A stretch of 64,000 bases of DNA from Acidobacteriota bacterium (GCA_965205505.1 CBDBHB010000009.1:1088001-1152000), one strand, 5' to 3'. Counted from the stretch's first letter, positions 41,495-53,409 are shown. Made by a program: numbers and translations. The notes: generated by a model from the letters alone, not told the origin.

Positions 41495-42336
41495 TCGAGG
41501 CGATCGTCAACGGCGACGATTTCGGCCTCGCGCCGGCGATCAACGACGGGATCCTCCTGGCGCATGACCGCGGATGTCTCACTAGCGCCTCGCTCTGCGT
41601 GGTCGGGCCGGCCGCCGTTGATGCGGCTCGGCGGGCGCTGATACGCCCGCGGCTCGCGGTTGGCCTACACCTGACTCTGGTAGAGGAGCGACCGGTGCTG
41701 CCGGTCGAGCAGGTGCCTAGCCTGGTCGATGATACTGGCTGTTTTCTCGCCGGCGGACGCAGCTTCGCTTGCGCCTGGCTGGCCGGAAGAATCTCGCCTG
41801 ACGACGTGCGCCGGGAGCTGCGAGCGCAACTGCAGCGAATGGTCGATCTCGGGCTCCAGCCGACGCACGTGGATGACGTGCTCCCGGGCGTGCTGGAGAT
41901 CGTCCTCGACGAGATCGGCAGCGCCGGCATCTCGTGCGTCCGCGTGCCGCTGGAGAGAACGCCGCACGGCCGAGCGCCATGGCAGCGGCGTCTCTCGGGA
42001 TGGGTTCTGTATGCGCTTGCGTGGCGGGCGCACCGGATCGTGCGGCAGCGTGGCTTCTCCGCTCCCGATCAGGTGTCGGGGTTCCGTGGTGCAGGCAACA
42101 TCGACGCCCGCTCGCTCGCCGAGCGAATCAACGCACTCCAGAACGGCGTCACGGAGATCATCATGGATCCGGCGACCGGTCCCGAGGCGCCGCGTCGCGA
42201 CCTCGCCGCGTGGGGCTATCGATGGGCCGATGAGCTCGACGCGTGCCTCGACGAACATGTACGCGGTTGCCTCCGTCGGCGGCAAGTCGCCCTGATCAGC
42301 TACCGGGACCTGGCAAGTCGAAGCTCGCCCACGTGA
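41491..42336 (+). CDS. ChbG/HpnK (YdjC) family deacetylase, metal motif apparently deleted
   Basis: NGDDFG, GLHLTL; THVDDVLPG where THxDSHxHxH is expected. Confidence 0.78.
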   Translation: MIEAIVNGDDFGLAPAINDGILLAHDRGCLTSASLCVVGPAAVDAARRALIRPRLAVGLHLTLVEERPVLPVEQVPSLVDDTGCFLAGGRSFACAWLAGRISPDDVRRELRAQLQRMVDLGLQPTHVDDVLPGVLEIVLDEIGSAGISCVRVPLERTPHGRAPWQRRLSGWVLYALAWRAHRIVRQRGFSAPDQVSGFRGAGNIDARSLAERINALQNGVTEIIMDPATGPEAPRRDLAAWGYRWADELDACLDEHVRGCLRRRQVALISYRDLASRSSPT

Positions 42337-42349
42337 GGCAGCCGGTTTC

Positions 42350-43474
42350 TCAATCGGACCCGCAGGGCAGGGCCGCCGCGCGGACGCGTGTGCTGGTCAG
42401 AAGAGCGTAGGCCAGCATGCCGACCGGAATGATCAGCTCCTTGTACTCGGTCGTGTCCCAAAGCCGGACAAAGTTCTGCCCGTTGATGAAGAAGACCAGC
42501 TGGGACAACAAGAAGATCCCTAGCACGGTGAGCGTGGATGCGCCGGCGCGCAGGGATCGACTTTGTACTTCGACCCATGCATACTAGACGAGAGTCCACA
42601 GGGTGAACCAGAAAGAGAACTGCACGAACGCGACGTTCCAGAAAACGTAGTTAAAAGAGAACGCCGGGGCGATGGCGAGCGCGACCGTTCGCGTAGGCAC
42701 GAACGCGGTCAATGAGCCTGCCCAGTCGAACAACCGCGTACGCTCATGAACCAGCGGCACAACAATGAAGAAGATGAACGTCCCGAAGTAGTAGGCGATC
42801 TCGAACACCGCCGTGGCCATGTTGTGAACGTTGAGCTCATCGCGCTCGCTCAGTGACCTGACAGCATCGGGCGTCTCCAGGTCGAAGACCCTTTGCAGCC
42901 AAGAAAGCTCCTCCATGCCGATGACGAAGCAGAGCACTCCCAGGCCCGCGGTGGCAACGAACATCATCTTGTTCACGCGTTGTTGCCTCACCGCGAGGTG
43001 CGCGGCCAACGCCGCAAACACCAGCGACGCGGCGAAGACCAGCAAAGCCGACCCCGTCTCCACAACGCCGTCCTCGAGACACAGCCGATAGAACCACTCA
43101 GGGTCGGCCAGGAAGATCCCCACTGACGCGAGGGGCACGGTCATCGCAACCAACGGCAGGTACGGCTCGTACCAGCTTGCGTCGGCACGCCTGTGGCCGC
43201 TGGCGCCGCGGCTCCGCCACACGACGGCGACGAAGAGGAAGATGGCGGAGATCGCCAGGACAAGGCCCCGCCACAGGAATGGCTCGGTGGCAAGGGGTCG
43301 CGTCTCGTCGGCCAGCACACCCAGACCAAAGATCGTGGCATCGGCCCAGATCACTAACGCGAATAGCTCGACTGCGGCCATCGCCAGGAGCGCGCTGCCG
43401 TCCCACGGCCGCATCTCGTACCAAGGGCGACCTGCGATCGGAGGCATGACCCGATCTGCCGTTCGATCAGCCAT
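42350..43474 (-). pseudogene. Polytopic membrane protein with in-frame TAG at 42584-42586
   Basis: EDGVVE, EELSWLQR, ELNVHN; frame continues 77 codons past the TAG (..WDTTEYKELIIP..) to TGA 42350. Confidence 0.75.
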
Positions 43475-43521
43475 CACGTCGTCGTTCCTCGTTTGCGCCG
43501 ACCGGCTGCACAGACCGGTTG

Positions 43522-45125
43522 TTAGTTACCCGTGTCGGTAGTTGGGGTAGCGGCATCGGTGCCAGACCTCGACGACAGCAAGTGGACAGACCAGTCACGA
43601 TCACGAAATAGTCGTGGAAGACGGGTCTCGGTGGCGCGCCCGTACAACAAGAGATAACGAGCGCCGTACTTTCGGCCCAGGCGCAAATAGTCCGCATCGG
43701 GCAGGCTGTGAAAGTTGTGGTCGATCTCGTCGGCCGCGGCGTAGCCAGTCCTGTAGGGCTGTTCGCCGCCATTGAGATCGACGAGGCGCGCGTACCATTC
43801 TTCAATGCCAACATCGCTGGATGGGATGTTGCGGAACGACACGATCACCGGCCGCTCACATAAGTAGTTGACCAGGCTGTTCTCCGGCGAGACGAGCAAG
43901 AGGCTCCCGACTGGGGTGCGTTCGCGGACCCACTCACACGAGTTGTGAAACGCGGTTGTCGATCCATAGCCGCCGGCAACTCCGCCGCGCGGGAATTCGC
44001 GCCGATGTTCGAGCCCGTCGGCGAACCCTTCCCATGCGAAAATGGTCAGGGCGATCACCGCCACAGCCGCTACGAGTGCCCGGGCGCGCGGCTGGACCAC
44101 GTGGCGGAACGCGGCAGGCACAACAACCAATAGACCGAACAGCGGTATGAGCGTGTCGGCCACTCGGAAGGGCAGATAGTGTGTGAGCGTCGCCCCGAAA
44201 GGTGTCGGCGCCAGCAGCAGCGTGGCTTCGAACGGTACGAGCGTAAAAAGGGCGAACCGCGACACGACCCGAAGTTGCTGGCGTGCCGGATACAGCTTCG
44301 GGACGCCGACCAAGGGGCGACGCACAGAAACCAAAGCAACAGCGCGCGCGGCTCGTCCCAGGGCCACCGACTGATATCCGTATAGTGCGGGTTGCGAAAA
44401 TCGTTCCATATGACGCTGACGTCAAAACCGGCGGAAGCCGAGGGCTCCCCGAGCCGCACGAAAACCGCGTAGAAGGCATACGCAGCCCCCATGCACCAGC
44501 TCAGGCCCGCGACCACCCGGGCGCGCCAGCTGCCCAACCTCTCAGCCAAGATCGTCAGGCCAAGCGCCACGCTGGCCCAGAATCCCACCAGGATGTGCAT
44601 AGTGGTGGCGAGCCCGCCGAGCATTCCGGCAGTCGCGATCCGCCGGTCCATCAGCGCGCGAACGGCGAATAGCACCAAGCCGTAGGCGATGACCTTGGAC
44701 TCGGCGCGCCGGAAGATCCACTCGCGCCCGGGTATCGCCGCTTGATCGAGGAAGATGAAGAGCCCCAACGCTATCCAGATGTAGGGCGCCGGCAGGCGCA
44801 GTCGGTGGCCGATGAGCCCCAGTCCCGCGGCAGCCACGAGGTAGCCCAGGAGCCGTGCCCAAAGCGACACGTCCTGCAGCGGCATTGTCTGCACGAGTGG
44901 GTACACGAAGACTTGGTAGGGGATCCGCGTTGGCTGGTACTGGCTCAGGTACCAATCACCGGGCAGGAAGCCCGGATCTGCGTACTGCTTGGCGTATACT
45001 AGCGTCTGCGACTCGCTGTATGCCATGGGGTACTTTAGGCTGTAGTGGAGCGCCGCCAGAAGGAACAAACCGAGGATGATGATCGTCGGCGAGCGTGCCC
45101 AGAGCTTCAACCTTCGCTTGTTCAT
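43522..45125 (-). pseudogene. Large membrane protein (DUF6798-like, possible GT-C), frameshift near 44315
   Basis: PGDWY, ESKVIAYG, RNPH in ORF1; ERPVIVSFRNIP..EWYAR in ORF2; shift at a C4 run. Confidence 0.65.
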
Positions 45126-45805
45126 GCCACGTCATCCTCTGGCTTGGTAAGCGAGACGAGGCGGAATACGCCCCTCGCCTCGAGGACTTCGCACTTCCAT
45201 GCGGCTAGCAGGCACAGTTCCCGAACGTGCAACAACAGCAGGATGCGACCGCCGGGGTCGAGATGGTCCGGCGCTTGATCGAGGAAGCGGCAGATCAGCC
45301 GGCCGCGCGAGCGGCGCACGATGGCGTAGGCGATCGTCCGAACGATCGGGTTCTCCTTCGGTAGCAGCGATTTGAGCAGCTCGACCCAGCCGACGGCGAA
45401 CGTCGACCGAGCATGGCCGAAAGGCGGGTTGAAAAGGATGAGCGCATAGCTCGACTGCACGCGCTCGAATAGATTCGAAGCAAACACGTTGGGTGCGCAG
45501 CCAGCGCGGTCGGCGTTGTAACGTGCCTGCCGGATCGCGGCTGGGCTGACATTGGTGGCGTCACACCGGATACCCGATCGTGTCAACGCGATGGCGATGA
45601 ACCCCGTACCCGTACCCATGTCCAGTGCGGTAGGCGGCGACAGGCGAATCGCGTGACGAGCCAGCATCCGGGTGTCGAAGTCAACTGGAGAGACCCCGAC
45701 AGCGTCGCGAACCCGTAGCTCCCCCACCGAGTCGATGGGCAGCTCATCCACCACCAGGTGCGCGAAGGCAGTAGCGTGCCGAAAACTATCCGAGCTGGCG
45801 CTCAT
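45122..45805 (-). CDS. HemK/PrmC-like small methyltransferase
   Basis: LDMGTGTG, FNPPF. Confidence 0.78.
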   Translation of the reverse strand: MSASSDSFRHATAFAHLVVDELPIDSVGELRVRDAVGVSPVDFDTRMLARHAIRLSPPTALDMGTGTGFIAIALTRSGIRCDATNVSPAAIRQARYNADRAGCAPNVFASNLFERVQSSYALILFNPPFGHARSTFAVGWVELLKSLLPKENPIVRTIAYAIVRRSRGRLICRFLDQAPDHLDPGGRILLLLHVRELCLLAAWKCEVLEARGVFRLVSLTKPEDDVA

Positions 45806-46873
45806 GCCAGCGCCTCGAACACTGCGATGGCGTTCGGTGAACCCGGCCGCGCCATGAACTCGCTTGCTCCGTGTTGCTTGGCAAAGGCGCGTAGGCTGGC
45901 GAGGTCATGCCGGAAGCTGTACGCCCCGATGCCAGGGTTGGTCAGGTGGTTGGCGAGGCGCGCGAGCCATTTGACAGGGTGGTTCGACACGTTCTCGATC
46001 GGCTCGCTCACGATCACCGCTCGCCGCGCGGCTCGACGCATTCGGGTGAGAAGCTCCCCCTCGCAGTCGCGGAAGTGATAGAAGCTCGAGCACATGACTA
46101 CGTAATCGGCCGAAGCGATCGGGTCGCCCGGTAGCCTGACAAACCGAGCGTCGACTCCCCGTCTGCGAAGTCCGCCCAAGAAGTGCGCCGTTGAAGTCCA
46201 TCCCCACGTAAGTGCAGGCCTTCGCCGCCAGGTACCGCGTGAAGAGCGTTGCGGGCCCGCAACAAAGATCGGTGACGGAGCTGCCTGCAGGAATCCGCGC
46301 CGCGACGTCGGCCAGAACACGCCCGGGTGACTCGCCCAGCAAAATCTCCGCCATCCCATACCCGGCGCGAGTCCAGTAGACCGGCGACTTGTCCAGGTAC
46401 CCCATTCCGAGCCTCCTCCGTACGACCAGCAGCGCGCGCAGATCCTCCAAGAACCCACCGCCGCTTGAGTTCGCGGCGCGCGCCGCACCACCCTCCTCGA
46501 GTGCTGGCACCTCGGTGACTCGCAGGTTGCGGGCCGCTGCCTCGGCGATGGCTTCAATCACCAGAAAGCGATCGCTTCCCTTGATGTTCTCCATCAGGCC
46601 GCCCGCTTCCCGACGATCTACCAAGATCCAAGCGATCGAATCCGGATCGATCGCAACCCCCACGAGAGCGCGCGTCAGAAGGCGAAACGCTCGGGCGGAC
46701 TCGTGCCCGGGGAGTCGCCCAACCACCACAGCGCTACCCTGTGACACCCGCCGCTGTGCGATCTCCAGCTCTTCCGGGGCGGGACCTGTTGGCCGGAAGG
46801 ACAAACCCGACAACCACGCAGCAGCCGACGCAGCTGGGTGTGCCTGCGCGTCGAGATTCAACGGAATACTCAT
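45802..46873 (-). pseudogene. Class I SAM methyltransferase, frameshift near 46190
   Basis: DLCCGP..YVGMDFN then +1 shift to HFL..ADYVVMCSSFYHF..VIVSEP. Confidence 0.72.
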
Positions 46874-46954
46874 CTTTCACCCACAGCCGTTTTCCGACTA
46901 ACGGCAGTCGGTGATATCGGGTGCCCTACGGGCCTCCGATTTTCGGCCAGGACT

Positions 46955-47030
46955 GCTAAGAAACAGCTTCTAAATCACACTAAAACACATTAACACATAC
47001 TTATACATAGTAACTACTAGATACGATCAT
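46955..47030 (-). promoter_or_regulatory. AT-rich promoter region of the minus-strand operon
   Basis: AT-rich tract upstream of 46873. Confidence 0.45.
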
Positions 47031-47485
47031 GCAAAGTGCGCAAGGCACGTTTTCCGTGCACGGCTCCCGTTCGCCATCCGCGGCTCTCGCTGCTTGCCGC
47101 GTCTGCGACCTGTCTCAGCGCGGCACGACGTAGGCGCCGGCGATGCGGCCTTGGAGGCCACCTTCTTTTGACAACGGCAGCAAATGCTCCGACGAACCGC
47201 AGGATTGGCGGAACGAGCCACATCCACGGCGGGAGCGAGACCAGGTTCGCCAGGGGCCGGCTGGCCCGAAGAAGAAGCGGCTCGGCTCCGATTCGGCTCG
47301 ACTTCGCCTGCTCCGGGGGGAAGCTACAAGGATCGGGTCAGGTGCCGATCTCATGTATATCTCGACGCTGAGGAGAAGAAGCTGCGGCGGTTGGATGAGA
47401 GTTCCTGCCGCCCAAAACATAGAACGGGCCCACCGTGGCAGCCGCAAGCGAACCGCGATGGCCCTAACCGAAGGAGGCCTAGGAA

Positions 47486-47740
47486 ATGGCCGAAGCAACA
47501 CACCGACGTCGCCGCCGGCGAGCTCCAGCGCATCGCGATTACGGAGTCTTCCGTGACGGCACAGTGATTCGAATAACCCATCCACGCCAAGTACGGGAGA
47601 TATTCCGCAGCTTGGTCGCGCTGGCCGAGAAACCTGATTGCGGGGCGACGCTAGATCGCGTTGGCGCGATCATCGCCGAGGTTTGCGTCCCGTTGGACGG
47701 ACTGGAGGAGTCGGTCGAGGAGATGGTTTTCTCGGTCTGA
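47486..47740 (+). CDS. Small hypothetical protein, paralog A (EKPxCG...ExCxP)
   Basis: AAGGAGG RBS; 20/46 identical, ungapped, to 53410-53613. Confidence 0.7.
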   Translation: MAEATHRRRRRRAPAHRDYGVFRDGTVIRITHPRQVREIFRSLVALAEKPDCGATLDRVGAIIAEVCVPLDGLEESVEEMVFSV

Positions 47741-47794
47741 TTCGCGCAAAGGGTCGGCGCGCGCCGGCCTTTTGCCCGGCTTAGAAATCTCACC
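47738..47794 (+). repeat. 57-bp conserved hairpin element, copy A
   Basis: 53/57 identical to 53611-53667; stem GCAAAGGGTCGG/CCGGCCTTTTGC. Confidence 0.85.
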
Positions 47795-48183
47795 ATAGAC
47801 GAGACACCGGGAAGCTGAGTCCGCGCTCGGGCTGGTCCAACTGTCTACCGTTAGACAAAAGTTGTGTCCAACGCTGGACATAATACCGGCGTAACGTTCA
47901 TCAGCGTCGGCATGGGCGGGCCGCGACTTGCCGTCTAGGCCGATGACGCGCTCGGGCTGAACTGGGGAATCCTCCGGTGGGAGGCCATTCGCCACAGGAG
48001 TTGACGCTAACGGCGTTCGACTCCGGTGCTCGGCCGATCGGAAAGAGGCGAAGCAAGGCCAACGCTGCCCCGGTGTGCGTGCGTGGCCGGGGACGTTAGC
48101 AGGGCGTTGGACCCGCCCCCGTTGGATCTCGCACGCTCCGGCGATAGGCTTCATGCGCTTACCCGCCCTGCTTCGGGAGCGCC

Positions 48184-50379
48184 ATGGACCCCGGCACCAC
48201 CAAACTAGGCCCCTACGAGATCACCCAGCAGCTCGGTGCTGGCGGCATGGGAGAGGTGTACCGAGCACGCAGCCACCGCCCTCTCCGGTGCGCAGCTTTG
48301 CTGCTCGCCGTCCTGCTGGCCCCGAGCTGCTCGGGCCTTGACTCGGGTCCGTCGCCCCTGACCGCCGAGGTTCCCCTACACCTTGAGGAACACCTCGACG
48401 TGGCCACCAACGTGGGCTCTGAGGTGCCGGCAGATGCTCCGGCCGTTATGGAGTGGCGCTTCGACAAGCCGCAGGAGGATTGGAAGCCGGTAGTCCCGTG
48501 GAACCCCACGATCGATCCGGTCGAGGTCACGCAGCTCGACGACGCGCTTCGAGTCACTCTGACGGACGGGACGAAGAATCCTGGCGGCCGCGCAAGGGGC
48601 GGCCTCGTTCTCGAGGTGCCCGATTGGAACTACGAGGATCTGGCGCACCTCATGGTACGTGCTCGCACCTCCGATGATGTCAGGGGCTTCCAGATATTCT
48701 TCAATCGACGCGAGGGGACCGGTACGGATACAAGCGGCCCCAATCCATTTCAGCACGGAGGCGATGGGGCGCCTGTTGTAAGCGACGGTACGGTGCAGAC
48801 CTACCGGGCGCGGCTGGATTACTTGGGGGGCATCCGCCACCGGAAGAACCGATTCGGCAGATCGCCCTGTGGTTGGCGGCCGATGATCTGGCCAGCATCG
48901 ACATCCTTTCCATCACACTGATCCCGAAGGTGGCTAACTACGCCGACGCGGGCGCGGCCTCGCGCACGGAAATCCGCAACCGGGTCCATCGGCAGGCTCT
49001 GTATACGCACACGCCGGGACGCGTGGAGTATCCGGTGAAGATCCCGGAGGGTGGCCGGCTCGACTTCGCCATGGGTGTTTTGCGAGAGGATGTGCCCGTG
49101 ACTTTTCGGGTTACGGCGATCATCCCTGATGGTACTGAGGGTGGTGAACCGACCGCGCTGTTCGAGGAGCACTATGCGGACAAGGAGGCCTGGGGCCAGC
49201 GTTCGGTGGATCTGGCTGACCTTGCTGGCCAGACTGTGACGCTTGGCCTGGAGGCCGACTCCGAGGCCGGCGGGCGGGTTGCTTTGTGGGGAGCGCCGAC
49301 CTTGACGGGCGGCGGGCAATCGCCCCTTCCCAACGTCATCTTCTACGTCTTCGACGGTGGTGCGGCAGACTACATGAGCGTTTACGGCTACAACCGTCGC
49401 ACGACCCCGACCCTGGAGCGGCTGGCCTCGGAGGGCGTCGTGTTCGAGCGAGCCTACAGCAATTCCTCCTGGACCATGCCCTCGACGGCCTCCTTCATGA
49501 CTTCCCTACAAACGAGTGTGACGGGCGGCTCGCTCCGCCCCGGCAGCACCAACCCTGTGCCTGCTGAGGCCGTGACCATGGCCGAGCACATGCACCAGGC
49601 CGGCTACCAGACTGCGGTGTTCACGGGCAACCCCAACGCCGGGACTTTGAGCGATCTCCAGCGCGGCGTCGATCTGTTCCGGGAGGACTGGGCAGAATTC
49701 TCCTACGGTGAGAATAATCACAAGGAGTCCTCAAAGTACCTCCACGAGGGATTCTGGAGCTGGCGGGAGGACTATCCCAGGCAGCCGTTCTGGGCCCACT
49801 TCCAGACCACTGACACGCACGGGGACTTTCCGGCTCCGCCACCCTTCGGCGGGCTCTTTGTCACTGCGGATGAGTGGGAGAGCTGGAATGAGTCGTTTTC
49901 GCGCCTGGACGAGTCCGACGGGCCTGGTCCCACCCTGCTCGACCTGGTGGGGCTGCCCCCTGCCGAGATCGCACAAGGGCAATCGCTGGCTCCTCTGATG
50001 TTGGGTCGAGAGGGATGGGAGCCGCGCCCGGTGATCCTCGACGAGTTCTATGCCGATACCGCGACCGGCGAACTGTTGGGCGTCATTGAGGTAGTGGACG
50101 GCCGCTGGGGCGCTTCGCTGGAGATTAATCCGGGTCCAGAGAAGCGACCGGAGACGCAACGCCCCGTCCCCCTGCTGCTCTACGACCTCTGGAACGATCC
50201 GATGGCTTTGTGGAGCGTGCACGAGGAACGGCCCGACCTCGTCCAGAAGTACACCGCCTTCCTTGAGGCGCAGTTCGAGGCGCACCAGTTGCTGGCGAAG
50301 CAGTTCACGCCAGGCGAGGACTAGCCACTGACCCCGGAGCAGCTACGGTCCTCTTCGGGCACTTGGCTACATCCAGTGA
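48184..50379 (+). pseudogene. Sulfatase-like lipoprotein, multiply disrupted and fused to a kinase N-terminal scrap
   Basis: PNVIFYVFD, TPTLERLA, SSWTMPS; G6 frameshift 48825-48830, internal deletion near 49925, TAG 50322, then +1 shift before LRALGYIQ. Confidence 0.82.
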
Positions 50380-50389
50380 GTTGAAGAGG

Positions 50390-53077
50390 ATGATCGGGCA
50401 AAACGCTCGGCCACTACGAGATTCTCGACTGCCTCGGTGCAGGCCACGATCCAGCGTCGTATCGCGTGCTCGATACACCTCGCCCATGCCGCATGTCGCC
50501 ATCAAGGTGCTGCCGGAGGACTTCGCCAGCGATGCTGGTCGGCTGGCTCGGTTCGAGCGCGAAGCCAAGCTGCTCGCGTCGCTGAATCATCCCAACATCG
50601 CCACGATCTTCGGCTTCGAGGAAACGGACGGTGTGCGCTTCATCGCCATGGAGCTGGTGGAGGGACAAAGCCTCGCTGAGAGGATTGACGCGTCCGGTCG
50701 CATCGAAGTCGATGAGGCGCTGGAGACCGCCCGGCGGATCGCACTGGCGCTCGAAGCCGCTCACGAGGCCGGTGTCATCCATCGCGACTTGAAGCCGGCC
50801 AACGTGCAGGTGGCACCCGACGGCACCGTGAAGGTGCTCGATTTCGGCATCGCGAAGGTTCACAGGCCGGAGGTGTCATCGGATCTGAGCCAATCGCCCA
50901 CTGCGATGTTGCCTACGGGAACCGGCGTGATCATGGGGACGGCGCACTACATGAGCCCGGAGCAGGCTCGGGGTCTGCCAGTCGATAAGCGCACTGACAT
51001 CTGGTCGTTCGGCTGCGTGCTCTACGAGATGTTGACGGGTCGGACTCCCTTCGAGGGAGCAACGGTCATGGATGTGCTGACAGCGATCCTCGAGCGTGAG
51101 CCAGATTGGGCGGCAGTGCCGAAAACGACCTCCCCGCTCATCCAGCTTCTGCTGCGTCAGTGCCTGGAGAAAGAACCTGATCGGCGACTCCACGACATCG
51201 CCGATGCGCGCATTGGTATCGTCAATACCATCGCGGATCCAGACGGAGGCATCTCTCTGGCGGCTGGCTCTGGTGCGGCTGCAAAGCTCTCCTGGCGGCA
51301 AGCAATCCCGACACCAGTGGCTGCCGGTCTCGGCGTGGTGGCCGTGGTTACCATGTTCCTGGCCGTCTGGGGCTCCATGCGCGAGGTATCGCCACCGTCA
51401 GCACCAACAATGCGCCTGGACGTGACGTTAGCCAATCAGAATCTCTACCTCGGTCTTGGGTCAACACCCGTCTTGTCGCCGAATGGCTCGCACATCGCCT
51501 TCGTCACAGGAAACGCTAGCACTCAAAGCGAGCTGCACGTTCGCCTGCTCGCTCAGGCCGAGAGCACTCCCCTTCGTATCGGCGGTGTCTACGGGCCGTT
51601 CTTCTCCCCGGATGGCCAATGGGTGGGCTATTTCGATCTCCAGGAGGGGCTACAGAAAGTCTCTATCAGAGGCGGCGCACCCGAGACGATCCTCTCCGTA
51701 GGCGAGACAAATTTCCCGGGTGGGCAGGGCGCGAGCTGGGGGCTGGACGACAGGATCGTCTTTGCCCAGGCCGGTAGCGGCCTCCTTCGCATAGCAGCCA
51801 ACGGCGGAGAGCTGGAGTCGTTGACGCAACTCGGCGAGGGGGAGTCGCATAGGCGGCCGCAAATGCTACCTGGCGGCAAGGCAATCCTGTTTAGCTCCGT
51901 TGCGGCCGACAATTCATCTGTCGTCGAGATTCTCAATTTGGAGACGAGCGCGCGGAAGGTGGTGCAGCGGGGCTTCGGAGGACGCTACATACCTACGGGG
52001 CATTTGGTGTATGCCAATCAGCAGACCCTGTTTGCCGCCCCGTTCGATCTGGATGAACTGGAGGTAGTTGGCCCAGCCGTACCCATCGAGCAGGGGGTCG
52101 GAGTTCGTCGGCAACGAAGTACAGGGTTCAGCTTCTCGAACAGCGGAACAATGATCTACGCGAGAAATACCGTTTCTCGGTATTCCGTCGTGTGGGTGGA
52201 CCGAAACGGAGGAACAACGCCACTGTGGGATGACCCCGATCTCTATGATTCCCCTCGATTGTCGCCGGACGGCACACGGCTAGCCGTGAGCAACGAAAAC
52301 CATGACGTGTGGATCTATGACATCCAGCGCCGCGTGCCGAAGCGCCTGACCTTTGGCCCGCCGGACGCATACTACCCAGCCTGGTCGCCCGATGGGGAAT
52401 TCGTCGTATTCGAGCAGACCGACGGTTCGCGTTCTCGAATACTCCGAATCCGCGCCGACGGGGCAGGTCAGACCGAGCAACTGTTCGAGAACGACAACAG
52501 GACGATCCCGTATTCGTGGTCGGCGGATGGCAGGTTCCTGGCCTACGGCGATTTCCATCCAGAGACTGGCTGGGACATCTCGGTGTTGCCGCTTGAAGGA
52601 GATGATCGGGAACCGTTTGTCGTTGTAAACACCGACGGACTCGATGAGTACGCGGCCTTCTCGCCGAACGGTCGCTGGCTCGCGTATGACTCCGACCAAG
52701 AAATCTACGTCGAGCCGTACCCGCCTGGAGCAGGTAGGTCGCAGGTTTCCATCAATGGCGGAACCCAGCCCCGTTGGTCAATGGACGGTCGGGAGCTTTT
52801 CTATCGCACCGACTTCGGGATCATGGTTGTTGCTGTGAACACGGACGGCGATTCCTTCACCTTCGGCAGAGCGGAGCAGCTCTTTGCCGGAGCGTTCTTG
52901 GGCGGGCTAGACGGAATCAGCCGCCAAGGAGCGTACCCAGACTACGACGTGACGGGCGACGGCCAGCGCTTCGTGATGTTCCCCGACGATGGCCAAGGCC
53001 AGACCAGTAGCGGCCATGTGACGTTGGTCACCAACTGGTTCGACGAGCTCAAGCGGCTCGTGCCGACGGACCCGTAG
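50390..53077 (+). pseudogene. Ser/Thr protein kinase + TM + TolB-like propeller, Gly-rich loop inverted
   Basis: VAIK, HRDLKPAN, DFG, YMSPEQ intact; GMGEVYRARDTTLDR lies on the opposite strand at 50445-50490. Confidence 0.85.
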
Positions 53078-53409
53078 CGTCATCAGCGGAGTCTCGCGAG
53101 CCGCCCAGCGACGTTCGATTCCGTTCGTCCGTGATGCCAGGACGGACACCAGTCGTATATCTGTTTAGCCGGCTCCAGATCCGCCGCTAAGGGCCGCCGA
53201 TAGCTTCGCGGGAACTCGGTGGCCGCAACGCACCGCGAACGTTAGAGGGGCGCTGAGAAGGGGATCTGTCGAGAAACCCGCTCCAAGCGCCGGTCAGTTG
53301 ACTCTCGATGCAACGACCGGTTGACTCTCGACTCGACAGAACGTCGGGCTCGCCGCGAACGTCTACGCGACGAGCTTCCTTCAAACCTCAAACGAGGAGG
53401 TCTCGCCAA

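Noticed and set aside
48825-48830. G6 tract as a phase-variation switch for the sulfatase
   Set aside because: The tract is short and the gene has further lesions (deletion, TAG, second frameshift); decay or sequencing error is more likely.
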